DNA from: Nitrospirales bacterium
GTDB lineage: Bacteria; Nitrospirota; Nitrospiria; Nitrospirales; UBA8639
NCBI GenBank assembly: GCA_963555755.3
Contig: OY820905.2
Span: forward strand, 4,192,001-4,256,000
Reading direction: 5' to 3'
DNA length: 64,000 nucleotides
Below are positions 20,802-32,091 of the stretch, one piece after another (position 1 is the stretch's first letter; every line of letters starts with the position of its first letter). The position numbers and the translations under genes are program-made. Below the pieces are notes generated by a model. The model was not told the origin of the DNA and ran no database searches. It worked only from the letters and a program-made list of their open reading frames with translations.

Positions 20802-21486
20802 TATGCCTTCCCATTTGACTAAGGTTAGTCCCTAGACTAGTCTGCTGGACTATGGACACAGGGTATGCTGCTGATATCTTGGATTTTTCTGTTAGGTTCC
20901 ACACCGAAGAAGCGTGCTTCGAGTACTTGCGGGCGATTCGGTGGCCAGACGGGTTTATGTGTCCAGCTTGCGGTCATCGCGGTGGTTGGTGGCTCAAAAA
21001 ATATTTCCGGTTTGAGTGTTCGTCGTGTCATAGACAGACATCACCGCTAAGCGGCACAGTGATGCATAGATCGCACTTGCCGCTACGGCTTTGGTTTTGG
21101 GCTGCCTATTTCGTCTCCACGCACACACCTGGCATCAGTGCTGTGCAATTGCAGCGTCAACTCAGTATCAAGAAGGTGGATAGCGCCTGGTATTTGCTCC
21201 ACAGATTGCGACGAGGAATGGTACGACAGAACCGTGAACGGCTCGCAGGAACAGTTGAAGCCGATGAAACCCATATCGGTGGACCGGTAAAAGGCAAAAC
21301 GGGCCGTGGCGTCGCGAAAGCGAAAACCAAGACGTTAATAGCCGGAGCCGTAGAAATTGTCACGTACACACAAGGGGATCACTTTCGAGAGAAAGCAGGG
21401 CGTTTACGATTAGCGATTCTTCAAGACGCTGGAGAGAACGAGATCAAAGCATTCCTCAATAGCCATGTCGCTGAGGGCAGTAAGAT
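20802..21486 (+). pseudogene. Truncated IS1595 copy created by a 781-bp tandem duplication
   Basis: 20706-21486 is repeated at 21487-22267; ORF 20852-21565 diverges just before the SDG catalytic Asp. Confidence 0.9.
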
Positions 21487-21582
21487 CATTTATAGGGCAA
21501 AGACGATGCCAGAGACGTCAATGATAAAATGCTTAAGCTGGATTTTTGTAACGTGTTGGATTTAAAGACAATAATGAATTGT

Positions 21583-22594
21583 TATGCCTTCCCATTTGAC
21601 TAAGGTTAGTCCCTAGACTAGTCTGCTGGACTATGGACACAGGGTATGCTGCTGATATCTTGGATTTTTCTGTTAGGTTCCACACCGAAGAAGCGTGCTT
21701 CGAGTACTTGCGGGCGATTCGGTGGCCAGACGGGTTTATGTGTCCAGCTTGCGGTCATCGCGGTGGTTGGTGGCTCAAAAAATATTTCCGGTTTGAGTGT
21801 TCGTCGTGTCATAGACAGACATCACCGCTAAGCGGCACAGTGATGCATAGATCGCACTTGCCGCTACGGCTTTGGTTTTGGGCTGCCTATTTCGTCTCCA
21901 CGCACACACCTGGCATCAGTGCTGTGCAATTGCAGCGTCAACTCAGTATCAAGAAGGTGGATAGCGCCTGGTATTTGCTCCACAGATTGCGACGAGGAAT
22001 GGTACGACAGAACCGTGAACGGCTCGCAGGAACAGTTGAAGCCGATGAAACCCATATCGGTGGACCGGTAAAAGGCAAAACGGGCCGTGGCGTCGCGAAA
22101 GCGAAAACCAAGACGTTAATAGCCGGAGCCGTAGAAATTGTCACGTACACACAAGGGGATCACTTTCGAGAGAAAGCAGGGCGTTTACGATTAGCGATTC
22201 TTCAAGACGCTGGAGAGAACGAGATCAAAGCATTCCTCAATAGCCATGTCGCTGAGGGCAGTAAGATCAAGTCCGATGGTTGGAAGGGATACTCGGCAAA
22301 AGCCTTGGCAGGATACGAACACCTGAGACGGACCCAGGGTGACCCAGCAAGTGCTGGGAAGCACGCTCCACACATCCATAGAGCGTTCGGCAATCTGCAG
22401 ACCTGGCTGAACGGGATTCACCATGGAGTGGATTCAAAATACCTGCAACACTATCTTGATGAGTTTGTCTTTCGCTATAACCGCCGTGAGACTCCAATGA
22501 GTACCTTCCAGAGTTTGTTGAAAATCCTGACCAGCAGCTCAAAACCCTTGGGATTCAATAAACTGAAGCAACCTTAGTTAAATGGGAAGGCATA
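21583..22594 (+). mobile_element. IS1595-family insertion sequence, 8-bp TSD TGAATTGT
   Basis: TIR TATGCCTTCCCATTT.ACTAAGGTT / AACCTTAGTTAAATGGGAAGGCATA; TSD at 21575-21582 and 22595-22602. Confidence 0.92.
21633..22577 (+). CDS. IS1595-family transposase
   Basis: RWPDGF.CP.C Zn ribbon, VEADETHIGG, SDG..GY, YLDEFVFRYNRR. Confidence 0.95.
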   Translation: MDTGYAADILDFSVRFHTEEACFEYLRAIRWPDGFMCPACGHRGGWWLKKYFRFECSSCHRQTSPLSGTVMHRSHLPLRLWFWAAYFVSTHTPGISAVQLQRQLSIKKVDSAWYLLHRLRRGMVRQNRERLAGTVEADETHIGGPVKGKTGRGVAKAKTKTLIAGAVEIVTYTQGDHFREKAGRLRLAILQDAGENEIKAFLNSHVAEGSKIKSDGWKGYSAKALAGYEHLRRTQGDPASAGKHAPHIHRAFGNLQTWLNGIHHGVDSKYLQHYLDEFVFRYNRRETPMSTFQSLLKILTSSSKPLGFNKLKQP

Positions 22595-22848
22595 TGAATT
22601 GTTATAGGATCAAAAACTAGCGAGTAGGAGAGCAGCGCGGGTAGGTGTATCTAAACAGATACAATTGGTGTATCCAATTGTGCGAGGATCCGGTGTTTCC
22701 CGCAGGGGTTTGATTGAACCAGAGGATAAGGTTGAGAGAGAATCTGTGTGCTAAAAAATGGGGAAAAATTAAAATCATCCCTGGACGGCTCCTATTTCGT
22801 CCGGGGAAGGTTGCGAAAATTCGTGTGATTCACTTGAAGTCATTCTAG

Positions 22849-23137
22849 GAGCCTGTCCGAGATTAGAATGATCTACTGTGGATGCGCTGGATATGGCCAG
22901 ATCTTCCGATCCTTTTCTGGGAATGTTGAAAAAGGCCCTCAGCTGCGTTCTCGGGCTTTGGGCGTGCTCACGTACTCCGTGTACGCTCCGCTTGCCAAAA
23001 GCCCTGCGGCCTTGCTGGATACCCTGTTTGAACATTCCCCGTTTTCGTTGAATAGTCCGACTATTCGCCTCAAACGATCGAAACATCTGACTCAAACCAG
23101 CACATCCTCGCTACGATCGCTAATCTCGGACAGGCTC
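22849..23137. mobile_element. MITE (family E) with CTAG TSD, carrying a nested family A repeat (22919-23039)
   Basis: TIR GAGCCTGTCCGAGATTAG / CTAATCTCGGACAGGCTC flanked by CTAG on both sides. Confidence 0.8.
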
Positions 23138-23221
23138 CTAGTGTAGGGTTTCACTCTGTTTTTATTTTATGGGTGAACGATTCTCCATCGTGATGGCTAT
23201 GAGGAAAAAGGTCTTCCCTGT

Positions 23222-23316
23222 GCGTCACTTCGAAGTGATGTGAGAAATCCTTGAAAGGTTGGAAGAGATCTCTCGCTTTGCTCGAGACAAGGATTTCTCC
23301 CGTAGGTCGAAATGAC
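23222..23316. repeat. Degenerate family C hairpin
   Basis: GTCACTTCGA..GAGAAATCC...GGATTTCTCCC..GGTCGAAATGAC. Confidence 0.65.
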
Positions 23317-23460
23317 AAAAGTCTTGGGATCCTAGGTAAACCCATTTATGAAGCCCGACACTAAAGCATTCTCGATCTGGGTTTGAACTTTGGATTTGTG
23401 ATTGTTAGGGTAAAGCGATTAACCCTTCTGCCTCGGTCGTCTCTTTCATTTCTGGTGCGT

Positions 23461-24780
23461 ATGCCTTCCATGATCAAAACCACCACACGGCTCTTGCTGA
23501 GCGTGTTGTTTGCTGTGACTTGGGTGTCTGTTTCCTTGGCAGCGAATGAGCCGGGAACGTTACGTGCTCAATTCGTTGGCGAAGCCGATAAGTCTTTGCC
23601 GGGTCTTGTTCGGACCTATCTGGCGACGACCGATCATGCAATGGCTGAGAAGGTTCTGAACACCATTATTTCAAGGCCTGATGCAAGTATCGATCATGTG
23701 GTCGATCTCATGGGTACTGCCCAAACGTTTGAGATGGGCCCTGTCGGTCACCAGCCCAGTCAATCCGTTCAGGTTCGTCGGGAAGAGATGTCGTATGGGT
23801 TGTTTGTTCCCCTGACTTATGATCCGACGAAGGCTTTTTCTTTGGTCATCTGTCTTCACGGGGCGGGTTTTACGGGTGATTTGTATTTGGAGCGGTGGGC
23901 GGGGCGGTTGGGGGATTCCTATATCTTGGCTTGTCCGACTATTTCAATGGGAGCGTGGTGGTCCCGGTATGGGGAGGAGCTGGTGCTGGCTACGATGCGA
24001 GCGGTACAGGCGCGGTACCATATTGATCCTGATCGAATATATCTTACGGGCATGTCCAACGGTGGGATTGGCGCGTGGATTATTGGCATGCACCATGCCC
24101 CACGTTTTGCGGCAGTGGCGCCGATGGCGAGTGGCATTGATGATGTGTTGTTTCCCTTCTTACACAACCTTCGGCAGATGCCGTTGTATGTCATCCATGG
24201 CGCCAAGGACCAAATCATGCCGGTGTGGTTGAGCCGCCACATCACCAATGAATTGGCCCAACTCGGTATTGCGTATGTCTATCGAGAACATGAGTGGTCA
24301 CATCCACATGCAGGCGGGCATTTCTTCCCCCGCCAAGAATTGCCAGCACTTGTGGAGTGGTTTGGGAAGCAGCGCCGAGAGCGTTATCCTCAACAGGTGA
24401 CGGTGGTTCGGGATGCCAGCCATCTGACTGAGTTTGGATGGGTGCGCATAGACAGCACCGATCGCATTGCCAGGTTTTCCGAACAGTTGGTTGATCGTCA
24501 CGATGATTTGATGAAGAACCGTGTCTACGCACGGTTGGATGTGAGAAACATCGAGGGGAATCGGATCGATGTCACGACGATCCGGGTTCGCCGGTATACC
24601 TTGTTTCTGAACGATGCCTTAGTGGATTTCTCGCGTCCCATCACCGTGGTGACCAATGGGGCCATCAGCTTTGATGGCACGATTACTCCTCAACTTGAGA
24701 CGCTGCTTCGTGAGGTTCGCCGGCGTCACGATCCTTCCATGGTGTTTCCAGCCAAACTGACTGTGGCTGTCCACGAGTAG
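23461..24780 (+). CDS. Exported alpha/beta hydrolase (predicted peptidase/esterase)
   Basis: Signal peptide; LHGAG, IDPDRIYLTGMSNGG, HGAKD, GGH. Confidence 0.85.
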   Translation: MPSMIKTTTRLLLSVLFAVTWVSVSLAANEPGTLRAQFVGEADKSLPGLVRTYLATTDHAMAEKVLNTIISRPDASIDHVVDLMGTAQTFEMGPVGHQPSQSVQVRREEMSYGLFVPLTYDPTKAFSLVICLHGAGFTGDLYLERWAGRLGDSYILACPTISMGAWWSRYGEELVLATMRAVQARYHIDPDRIYLTGMSNGGIGAWIIGMHHAPRFAAVAPMASGIDDVLFPFLHNLRQMPLYVIHGAKDQIMPVWLSRHITNELAQLGIAYVYREHEWSHPHAGGHFFPRQELPALVEWFGKQRRERYPQQVTVVRDASHLTEFGWVRIDSTDRIARFSEQLVDRHDDLMKNRVYARLDVRNIEGNRIDVTTIRVRRYTLFLNDALVDFSRPITVVTNGAISFDGTITPQLETLLREVRRRHDPSMVFPAKLTVAVHE

Positions 24781-25013
24781 ATCGTCCCCCGCATGAAGCG
24801 TGCTGAGCCTGATACATCAGGCAACAACCGCACGCTCTGCAAATCACCTCCATATCTCTTTCCACCTGTGGCATTCGGGTTTACCAAAGGAGATACCCTT
24901 TCGAACCGTCCTCACGTGTGTTGTACAAACCCACTAGCACCTTGAATCTATTCCTGATATAGTGTCTTGTCTACGAAGGAAACAGTAATTAAAAATTCTC
25001 ATGGCCATGACGG

Positions 25014-26917
25014 CAGGGCCATTTCATTCTTTTTATAAGCAAGGGATTCCATGAGGTTTTTTGTGCCCTCTTTTTCAGGGCAGGGCCATGCGGATGGCTA
25101 AATGGGGCTTGCCCCAGAGCAGTCTACACGCCTGCGCGATATTGGTGTAGCCTTTCAGGCGTAAGAGACTGATGGCATAGCGTCTCAGACAGGTCATGAC
25201 CATTGGGCCATTGAGACTTCGTATCTGACTCCTGTCTTCATCAAAGGTGACGTCCAACACATAATGCTGCTTATTCTCCACACTCCAATGCTTTCGGTTT
25301 TGCGAGAGGATGGTCTTCGGCCCCGCCTTGTCTTTGGACTGACTCGTGACACCGCAGACCGCTTCGACGGTCGTGAGGCCCTGCTTGAGATGCGTCACTT
25401 CCCTCTCAATGCAGAAGACTTGCTGGACATGAGGAAAGTTGACATAGGCATTCAGGGAGTCATCGCACCAGATCCTGCGGGTCGTGATCTGCCCATGGCC
25501 TTTCTCGGTGGTGGCATAATCGCACCGGCGTGCTCGCAACGCTAAGGCCTCAATGTCGTGCTTCAAGGTGGGCTGGTTTCCCTTGACGGTGAAGACGAAG
25601 TCGGCGCCGCGTTCGTGCACCAGGTACTCGGCAATCTCTTTCTGGGTGAGGAGCGCATCCGCCGTGATCACCTTCCCTGCGATCTCGAGCGCATCTAACA
25701 GGGGCCGCACGCAGGGGATCTCATTGGTCTTGGAGTGAACTTTTTTTGGGTGAGGTGGCGCCCGGCTTGATGGGTGACGGCGCTGAGGACGTGGGTCTGT
25801 TCGCTTGGGACCTTCGACGTCCCCCGCATGGTCTTCCCATCAATGGCAATGCCCTGATCCTCCCCGCCGAAGGTGTCCAGCCACCGGCCGAGCAGGGTAT
25901 CGACTTCACAGGGGTCGACGGCCGTGATAAAGCGGTAAAGAGTGCTGCGGCTCGGGACGAGGTAGCGCCCCCCTCGCTGAGTACAGCCTAGCCGCTTGCG
26001 CATCGGCTGCGATAACTGCTGGGCCCAGTCCGAGATCGCTTCATAGCCGCGCGCGCCGCACAAGGTGGCACAGAACATGATCGCCGTGAGGGCGCGTCGG
26101 GTGTGCCGTTGCCCTTGCAAATGGCGGGGATCGGTCAGCTGCACCACATACGTAAAGAGGGAGTCCGTCTGTTTTGTATTCAATCTCATCTGAGGCGCTT
26201 CTCCTTTCTGATAGGGCTGATCAAGCATCGGGCGTGCAAGGATCTCTCGGGCTTGGGGATGCAGCCGCACGACTAGGATGCGCTTCGGTCTCTCATGCTG
26301 AACATAACACGTGTTCGACTTGCGAAACCCTCGTGTCAGACCGAGCTCGTGCCACCCGGCGGCCCGATAGCAGGTCCCGGTGAAGCGGGCAGGATCGACG
26401 AAGGTCTCTAAGAGGAGCAAGGGGTAGCCGTGGTACAGTTGCCAATCGGCCGAGATCCGTTTCGCGCAGAGCGACAGGACTTTCGAGGCGAGGTTCTTTT
26501 GCGAACAGCCCGGCAGCATGAGAAACCGGGTGTTGTTGGCCAGTAAATGGAGTCGTTGCCATTGAAAACAGGGGGGCCAGCCGATCCAGTGGTCTCGCGG
26601 TCTCGATTTGAGGGCCGCCGCCGCAAACACCAGCAAGGCCAGCCAGCGATCCTGCACACAGGCGAGATATTGTATCGATTGGCCAATCAGCGGGGCATGA
26701 CCGAGGTAGTGGTGTCTGTCGAGAAGGGTCTTGAAGGCGTCCTTTTCGTCTCGGACAATTGGGCGAACCACGACTTGCCTCAGATCAATGTCCGGCTGTC
26801 CGCTTGGCGATTCGTCTGGCATGCAAAAGAGTATGCCGTAAACGAAAAGAAAAAGCCAGCCTAAATCGATTATTCCTTATTATCTATAAAGTTACACTTT
26901 AATATGAAATAGCCCTG
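25014..26917 (-). mobile_element. ISAs1-family IS carrying DUF4338, copy 1
   Basis: TIR CAGGGC(C/T)ATTTCAT; ORF translations identical to copy 2. Confidence 0.92.
25075..26822 (-). CDS. DUF4338-ISAs1 transposase fusion, split by a -1 frameshift near 25740-25746
   Basis: ORF1: HHYLG, LANNTRFL, LLETFVD, GTCYRAAGW, then DPR..GQRH and IAIDGKTMRG; ORF2: KTNEIP, ITADAL.TQ, VKGNQ, RKHWSVEN, LDVTFDED. Confidence 0.88.
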
Positions 26918-27141
26918 GTATTGGTTGCGATTCGGAGGAAATCGCAATCATTCGTTGACAATTTTGTGTTATTGATTAATAAATACCTGAATAATGTCTA
27001 CATAGGTCTACACACTAGTGGTCTCTTCTTCTTATATGGGGGCATGGCATGGCCTCTTTTCCAGTATTGAATGGGATGAATGAACCAAAGGGACGTAATA
27101 TTTATTGGGTTTACCATTCGTGCCTGGTGAAAGGGTCATAG

Positions 27142-28200
27142 ATGAAAGGAGTTGGTTGTATGCGTAATGTGAAAGGTTCTGCAGCCCTCGTTATTGCGAC
27201 CGCAGCCATGATCATGTTCCTCACTGGGTGTGAGACCACGAAACATGCTGAAGTCATGACCGCTGAGGAATTGGCGGCCCAAGCTCAGGCCTCCGGCTCG
27301 CAGGGCTCAGGCACGGGTTCAGGCAGCGACCAAGGAGGGATTCCCCTGGCTGGCCAAGGGATGAGCGAAGGCTCCCTGTCGGTGAGTGATTCCTCAGGTA
27401 CGGTCGCTGGAACTGGGAGTTCGGCACGGTTCCCCTCAAGTATTAATCCGGAAGACCCTCCGTCTCCCACGCTTCGTGATGTGAGTGGTGCGAGCATGGG
27501 CGGGGATATTTCAGGTGGTAGCACAATAGCCGACACTAGAGCCTCCGATACAGGAATATCCGATGGAATGGAAGGCGGAACGGACAGTGATACACATGTG
27601 CCCACGGGAGAATCCATGGGGCCCAGTGGGTATGAGGGACAACAATTTGTCCGTGCACTCATACCTTCAGATTTTGTTCCGGAAAATCCTCCGCAACCTA
27701 TGTTGGGTGATGGTAGCCCATCAACCGATTCAGGCATGGGAACGAGTGGCACTTCGGGGTCTGGCGACGAAGTCGTGCGATTGCCCGATCTTGATTCTAT
27801 GGAGCCCTTAAGCCAAGGTGACTTGGATGGCTCTCAAGAAGATGGAACCAATGGAATTGGTGGCGGGGGCGGATTGGGGCATGTGTATTTTGATTTTGAC
27901 CAATACGTTATTCGAGACGATGCGGTCTCCACCTTACAAGAGAATGCGCAATTACTCAGTGCGACGTACCAAGATTCCAGCGTCCTGATCGAAGGCCATT
28001 GTGATGAACGTGGAACCACGGACTATAATCTCGTATTAGGTGAACGCCGGGCTCAGGCGGTGAAAGATTACCTGGTTAACCTAGGCGTGTCTTCTTCGCG
28101 CATCCAAATTGTGAGTTATGGTAAAGAGCGTCCGAGCTGCACAGGGTCAGAAGAATCGTGCTATCAGGAAAATCGTCGCGGCCATGTGGTGCTGCAATAG
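27142..28200 (+). CDS. Pal/OmpA-domain lipoprotein with long Ser/Gly/Asp-rich linker
   Basis: LTGC lipobox; VYFDFD..IEGHCDERGT.DYNLVLGERRA..SYGKERP..NRR. Confidence 0.9.
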   Translation: MKGVGCMRNVKGSAALVIATAAMIMFLTGCETTKHAEVMTAEELAAQAQASGSQGSGTGSGSDQGGIPLAGQGMSEGSLSVSDSSGTVAGTGSSARFPSSINPEDPPSPTLRDVSGASMGGDISGGSTIADTRASDTGISDGMEGGTDSDTHVPTGESMGPSGYEGQQFVRALIPSDFVPENPPQPMLGDGSPSTDSGMGTSGTSGSGDEVVRLPDLDSMEPLSQGDLDGSQEDGTNGIGGGGGLGHVYFDFDQYVIRDDAVSTLQENAQLLSATYQDSSVLIEGHCDERGTTDYNLVLGERRAQAVKDYLVNLGVSSSRIQIVSYGKERPSCTGSEESCYQENRRGHVVLQ

Positions 28201-28336
28201 TCGCGGAGGATAGATTCTCCCATCACACGTTTCTGACAAGAGTTCTTGCGAAATCGTAGAAAAGTGGCTTCATACTTTTTACCTTGAAAGGGTGAATGGT
28301 GTGGGGCCTTTTTTCTTGATTTTCCCCTTGTTAAAA

Positions 28337-30031
28337 ATGAATAAGCAAATCAAAACGATTGTTTTTGTCTCCTTCGAAAATGAGTTTGCTCCGCTCGGCG
28401 GGCTGGCGGCGGTGATGCGTCTGTTGCCCAAACATATGGCAGGCATGAGTGATGATCGGTGTGTTACTTTTACACCGTTTTTTCGCGAGATCACCAAGTG
28501 TAAGCCCAAGCTCATGGATTCCATTCAATCAACAGGCATCACGTTTTCTCTTGTCTATGATGGGAAGAATCATCAGGTTGAGATTTTTCAGCATCAAAGT
28601 GGCGACGGGTTTACAACCTACCTGTTCGATTCTCAGAATTTTTTTAATGCACCCTGTGATTGCGGAGATCCACCTGGTATGGAAGCTCCATGCAATCCCT
28701 ATTTGAATCCGGCGCACCCGGAGCAACTACTCGATGACTCCTTAATGTTCTCATCGGCTGTACCCAATGCCCTGGTGGCGTTAGGACTGACTCAGAATGT
28801 GGTGTTGTGTCTCCAAGACTGGGAGGCAGCGGGGGCGGCCATCGTTGCCAAGGATGATGCCCGGCTTTCTGGGATCTCCTGCTTATTAACCTTGCACAAC
28901 TCCTATGATAGGCTTGTGAGTCAAGCGGAAATGAAAAGAATGATGAATCGTGTGCTTCCTGGCCCGACGGTTCTTGCCAAAGCTGGCCCATATTTTGATG
29001 GTCCCATTTGCACGGTCTCCCAGCATTTTGCGCATGAGCTGATTCATGAACCCGTGCATCGGGACATCTTTACCCCGCATCTTCAGGCGATGTTTAAAAA
29101 ACGGACGATTCGAGGAATTAACAATGGACTGTTTAGCCAACTTGATTTTTCACCGGAAGCCCGAACCAAAACTGCTTCTGGAAATTACCATGGTCTCCTG
29201 GAAGAAAAAGCCACGCGTCGCCGGGAGATGATCCAAAAGCTGGAAGCGTATCAACCTGAGAGGGCATGGGGGTCGTTAGATTTCAACAATTTTGAAGGGC
29301 CGGTGTTTCTGTTTTTTGGTCGGGATGATCCGCGACAAAAGGGCTATGACCTTGCGGCAGCAGCTATCGACCGTATCCCACCTGGGCAGGCGAAGTTTGT
29401 CTTTACTCCGATTCCTGGAGACGAAGGGATTCAAGGGCTGCAATTTTTACAAAACCTGGCCAAGCGTCGACCGGGTGAGGTGAAGGTGTTCCCTTTTCGG
29501 ATGGAGCAAGGATACACGGAACTTCAACGTGGAGCGTCGTTCATGGTGATGTGTTCCCTCTATGAACCCTTTGGTGGGGCGACGGAAGGCTATGCTGTTG
29601 GCACGCCTGTGGTGGCAAGAGCGACCGGTGGGTTGGTTCAGCAGGTTGTGCCGTATCCTTCTGTTGCGTTGAATGCGGCAGTCCGTACTTTGAGCGATCA
29701 GTTTCATCGGCAATCAGACGCTCCAACAGGGTTCCTCTTTCGCGAGTCAGGACTTGGTGTGAAAGAGGCAGCACAAGGATGGAGCGCAATTTTGGATTGT
29801 GCCTATTGGCCTGGAGGCGACCGGTTACAAGAACGAATGCAGATTCCCTTGTTTCGTTCAATGGTCCAAGCCGCTGAAGGCGCGTTACGTCATGCTATCG
29901 AACTCTACCAAACGGATCAAACAGGCTATGCCCAAATGATAAATCAAGGCTTTCACATGTTAGACCGGTTTTCCTGGGACCAAGCCGTTCGCGAATATCA
30001 AGAAATTTTCTCCTCCCTCCCATCCGCCTAA
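28337..30031 (+). CDS. Divergent glycogen/starch synthase-like glycosyltransferase (GT5-like)
   Basis: EFAPLGGL, QDWE, TLHN, TVS..FA.E, GINNG, GR..QKG, SLYEPFG, VARATGGL, FSW. Confidence 0.75.
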   Translation: MNKQIKTIVFVSFENEFAPLGGLAAVMRLLPKHMAGMSDDRCVTFTPFFREITKCKPKLMDSIQSTGITFSLVYDGKNHQVEIFQHQSGDGFTTYLFDSQNFFNAPCDCGDPPGMEAPCNPYLNPAHPEQLLDDSLMFSSAVPNALVALGLTQNVVLCLQDWEAAGAAIVAKDDARLSGISCLLTLHNSYDRLVSQAEMKRMMNRVLPGPTVLAKAGPYFDGPICTVSQHFAHELIHEPVHRDIFTPHLQAMFKKRTIRGINNGLFSQLDFSPEARTKTASGNYHGLLEEKATRRREMIQKLEAYQPERAWGSLDFNNFEGPVFLFFGRDDPRQKGYDLAAAAIDRIPPGQAKFVFTPIPGDEGIQGLQFLQNLAKRRPGEVKVFPFRMEQGYTELQRGASFMVMCSLYEPFGGATEGYAVGTPVVARATGGLVQQVVPYPSVALNAAVRTLSDQFHRQSDAPTGFLFRESGLGVKEAAQGWSAILDCAYWPGGDRLQERMQIPLFRSMVQAAEGALRHAIELYQTDQTGYAQMINQGFHMLDRFSWDQAVREYQEIFSSLPSA

Positions 30032-30104
30032 GAGAGCTGTTGAAAAAGCAGGTCCTCAGTATCACCGAAGGGGCCACCAGCTGCGTTCCCAATTATAATA
30101 ATGG

Positions 30105-32008
30105 CAGGGCCATTTCATTCTTTTTATAAGCAAGGGATTCCATGAGGTTTTTTGTGCGCTCTTTTTCAGGGCAGGGCCATGCGGATGGCTAAATGGGGCT
30201 TGCCCCAGAGCAGTCTACACGCCTGCGCGATATTGGTGTAGCCTTTCAGGCGTAAGAGACTGATGGCATAGCGTCTCAGACAGGTCATGACCATTGGGCC
30301 ATTGAGACTTCGTATCTGACTCCTGTCTTCATCAAAGGTGACGTCCAACACATAATGCTGCTTATTCTCCACACTCCAATGCTTTCGGTTTTGCGAGAGG
30401 ATGGTCTTCGGCCCCGCCTTGTCTTTGGACTGACTCGTGACACCGCAGACCGCTTCGACGGTCGTGAGGCCCTGCTTGAGATGCGTCACTTCCCTCTCAA
30501 TGCAGAAGACTTGCTGGACATGAGGAAAGTTGACATAGGCATTCAGGGAGTCATCGCACCAGATCCTGCGGGTCGTGATCTGCCCATGGCCTTTCTCGGT
30601 GGTGGCATAATCGCACCGGCGTGCTCGCAACGCTAAGGCCTCAATGTCGTGCTTCAAGGTGGGCTGGTTTCCCTTGACGGTGAAGACGAAGTCGGCGCCG
30701 CGTTCGTGCACCAGGTACTCGGCAATCTCTTTCTGGGTGAGGAGCGCATCCGCCGTGATCACCTTCCCTGCGATCTCGAGCGCATCTAACAGGGGCCGCA
30801 CGCAGGGGATCTCATTGGTCTTGGAGTGAACTTTTTTTGGGTGAGGTGGCGCCCGGCTTGATGGGTGACGGCGCTGAGGACGTGGGTCTGTTCGCTTGGG
30901 ACCTTCGACGTCCCCCGCATGGTCTTCCCATCAATGGCAATGCCCTGATCCTCCCCGCCGAAGGTGTCCAGCCACCGGCCGAGCAGGGTATCGACTTCAC
31001 AGGGGTCGACGGCCGTGATAAAGCGGTAAAGAGTGCTGCGGCTCGGGACGAGGTAGCGCCCCCCTCGCTGAGTACAGCCTAGCCGCTTGCGCATCGGCTG
31101 CGATAACTGCTGGGCCCAGTCCGAGATCGCTTCATAGCCGCGCGCGCCGCACAAGGTGGCACAGAACATGATCGCCGTGAGGGCGCGTCGGGTGTGCCGT
31201 TGCCCTTGCAAATGGCGGGGATCGGTCAGCTGCACCACATACGTAAAGAGGGAGTCCGTCTGTTTTGTATTCAATCTCATCTGAGGCGCTTCTCCTTTCT
31301 GATAGGGCTGATCAAGCATCGGGCGTGCAAGGATCTCTCGGGCTTGGGGATGCAGCCGCACGACTAGGATGCGCTTCGGTCTCTCATGCTGAACATAACA
31401 CGTGTTCGACTTGCGAAACCCTCGTGTCAGACCGAGCTCGTGCCACCCGGCGGCCCGATAGCAGGTCCCGGTGAAGCGGGCAGGATCGACGAAGGTCTCT
31501 AAGAGGAGCAAGGGGTAGCCGTGGTACAGTTGCCAATCGGCCGAGATCCGTTTCGCGCAGAGCGACAGGACTTTCGAGGCGAGGTTCTTTTGCGAACAGC
31601 CCGGCAGCATGAGAAACCGGGTGTTGTTGGCCAGTAAATGGAGTCGTTGCCATTGAAAACAGGGGGGCCAGCCGATCCAGTGGTCTCGCGGTCTCGATTT
31701 GAGGGCCGCCGCCGCAAACACCAGCAAGGCCAGCCAGCGATCCTGCACACAGGCGAGATATTGTATCGATTGGCCAATCAGCGGGGCATGACCGAGGTAG
31801 TGGTGTCTGTCGAGAAGGGTCTTGAAGGCGTCCTTTTCGTCTCGGACAATTGGGCGAACCACGACTTGCCTCAGATCAATGTCCGGCTGTCCGCTTGGCG
31901 ATTCGTCTGGCATGCAAAAGAGTATGCCGTAAACGAAAAGAAAAAGCCAGCCTAAATCGATTATTCCTTATTATCTATAAAGTTACACTTTAATATGAAA
32001 TAGCCCTG
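30105..32008 (-). mobile_element. ISAs1-family IS carrying DUF4338, copy 2
   Basis: Repeat of copy 1 at offset 5091. Confidence 0.92.
30166..31913 (-). CDS. DUF4338-ISAs1 transposase fusion (-1 frameshift)
   Basis: Translations identical to 25075-26822. Confidence 0.88.
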
Positions 32009-32091
32009 GCCATGACGGTCCGAGGCTGGTAGAACCATGAGAGAAAAGAATAATTTGGAAAATCTTTTTCCACAGTAAGGAGGGAAATCCA

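Larger units (their letters stand above)
25014..32008. mobile_element. Composite transposon-like unit bounded by two direct ISAs1 copies
   Basis: GCCATGACGG at 25004-25013 and 32009-32018 flanks the outer ends; inner flanks do not match. Confidence 0.85.
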
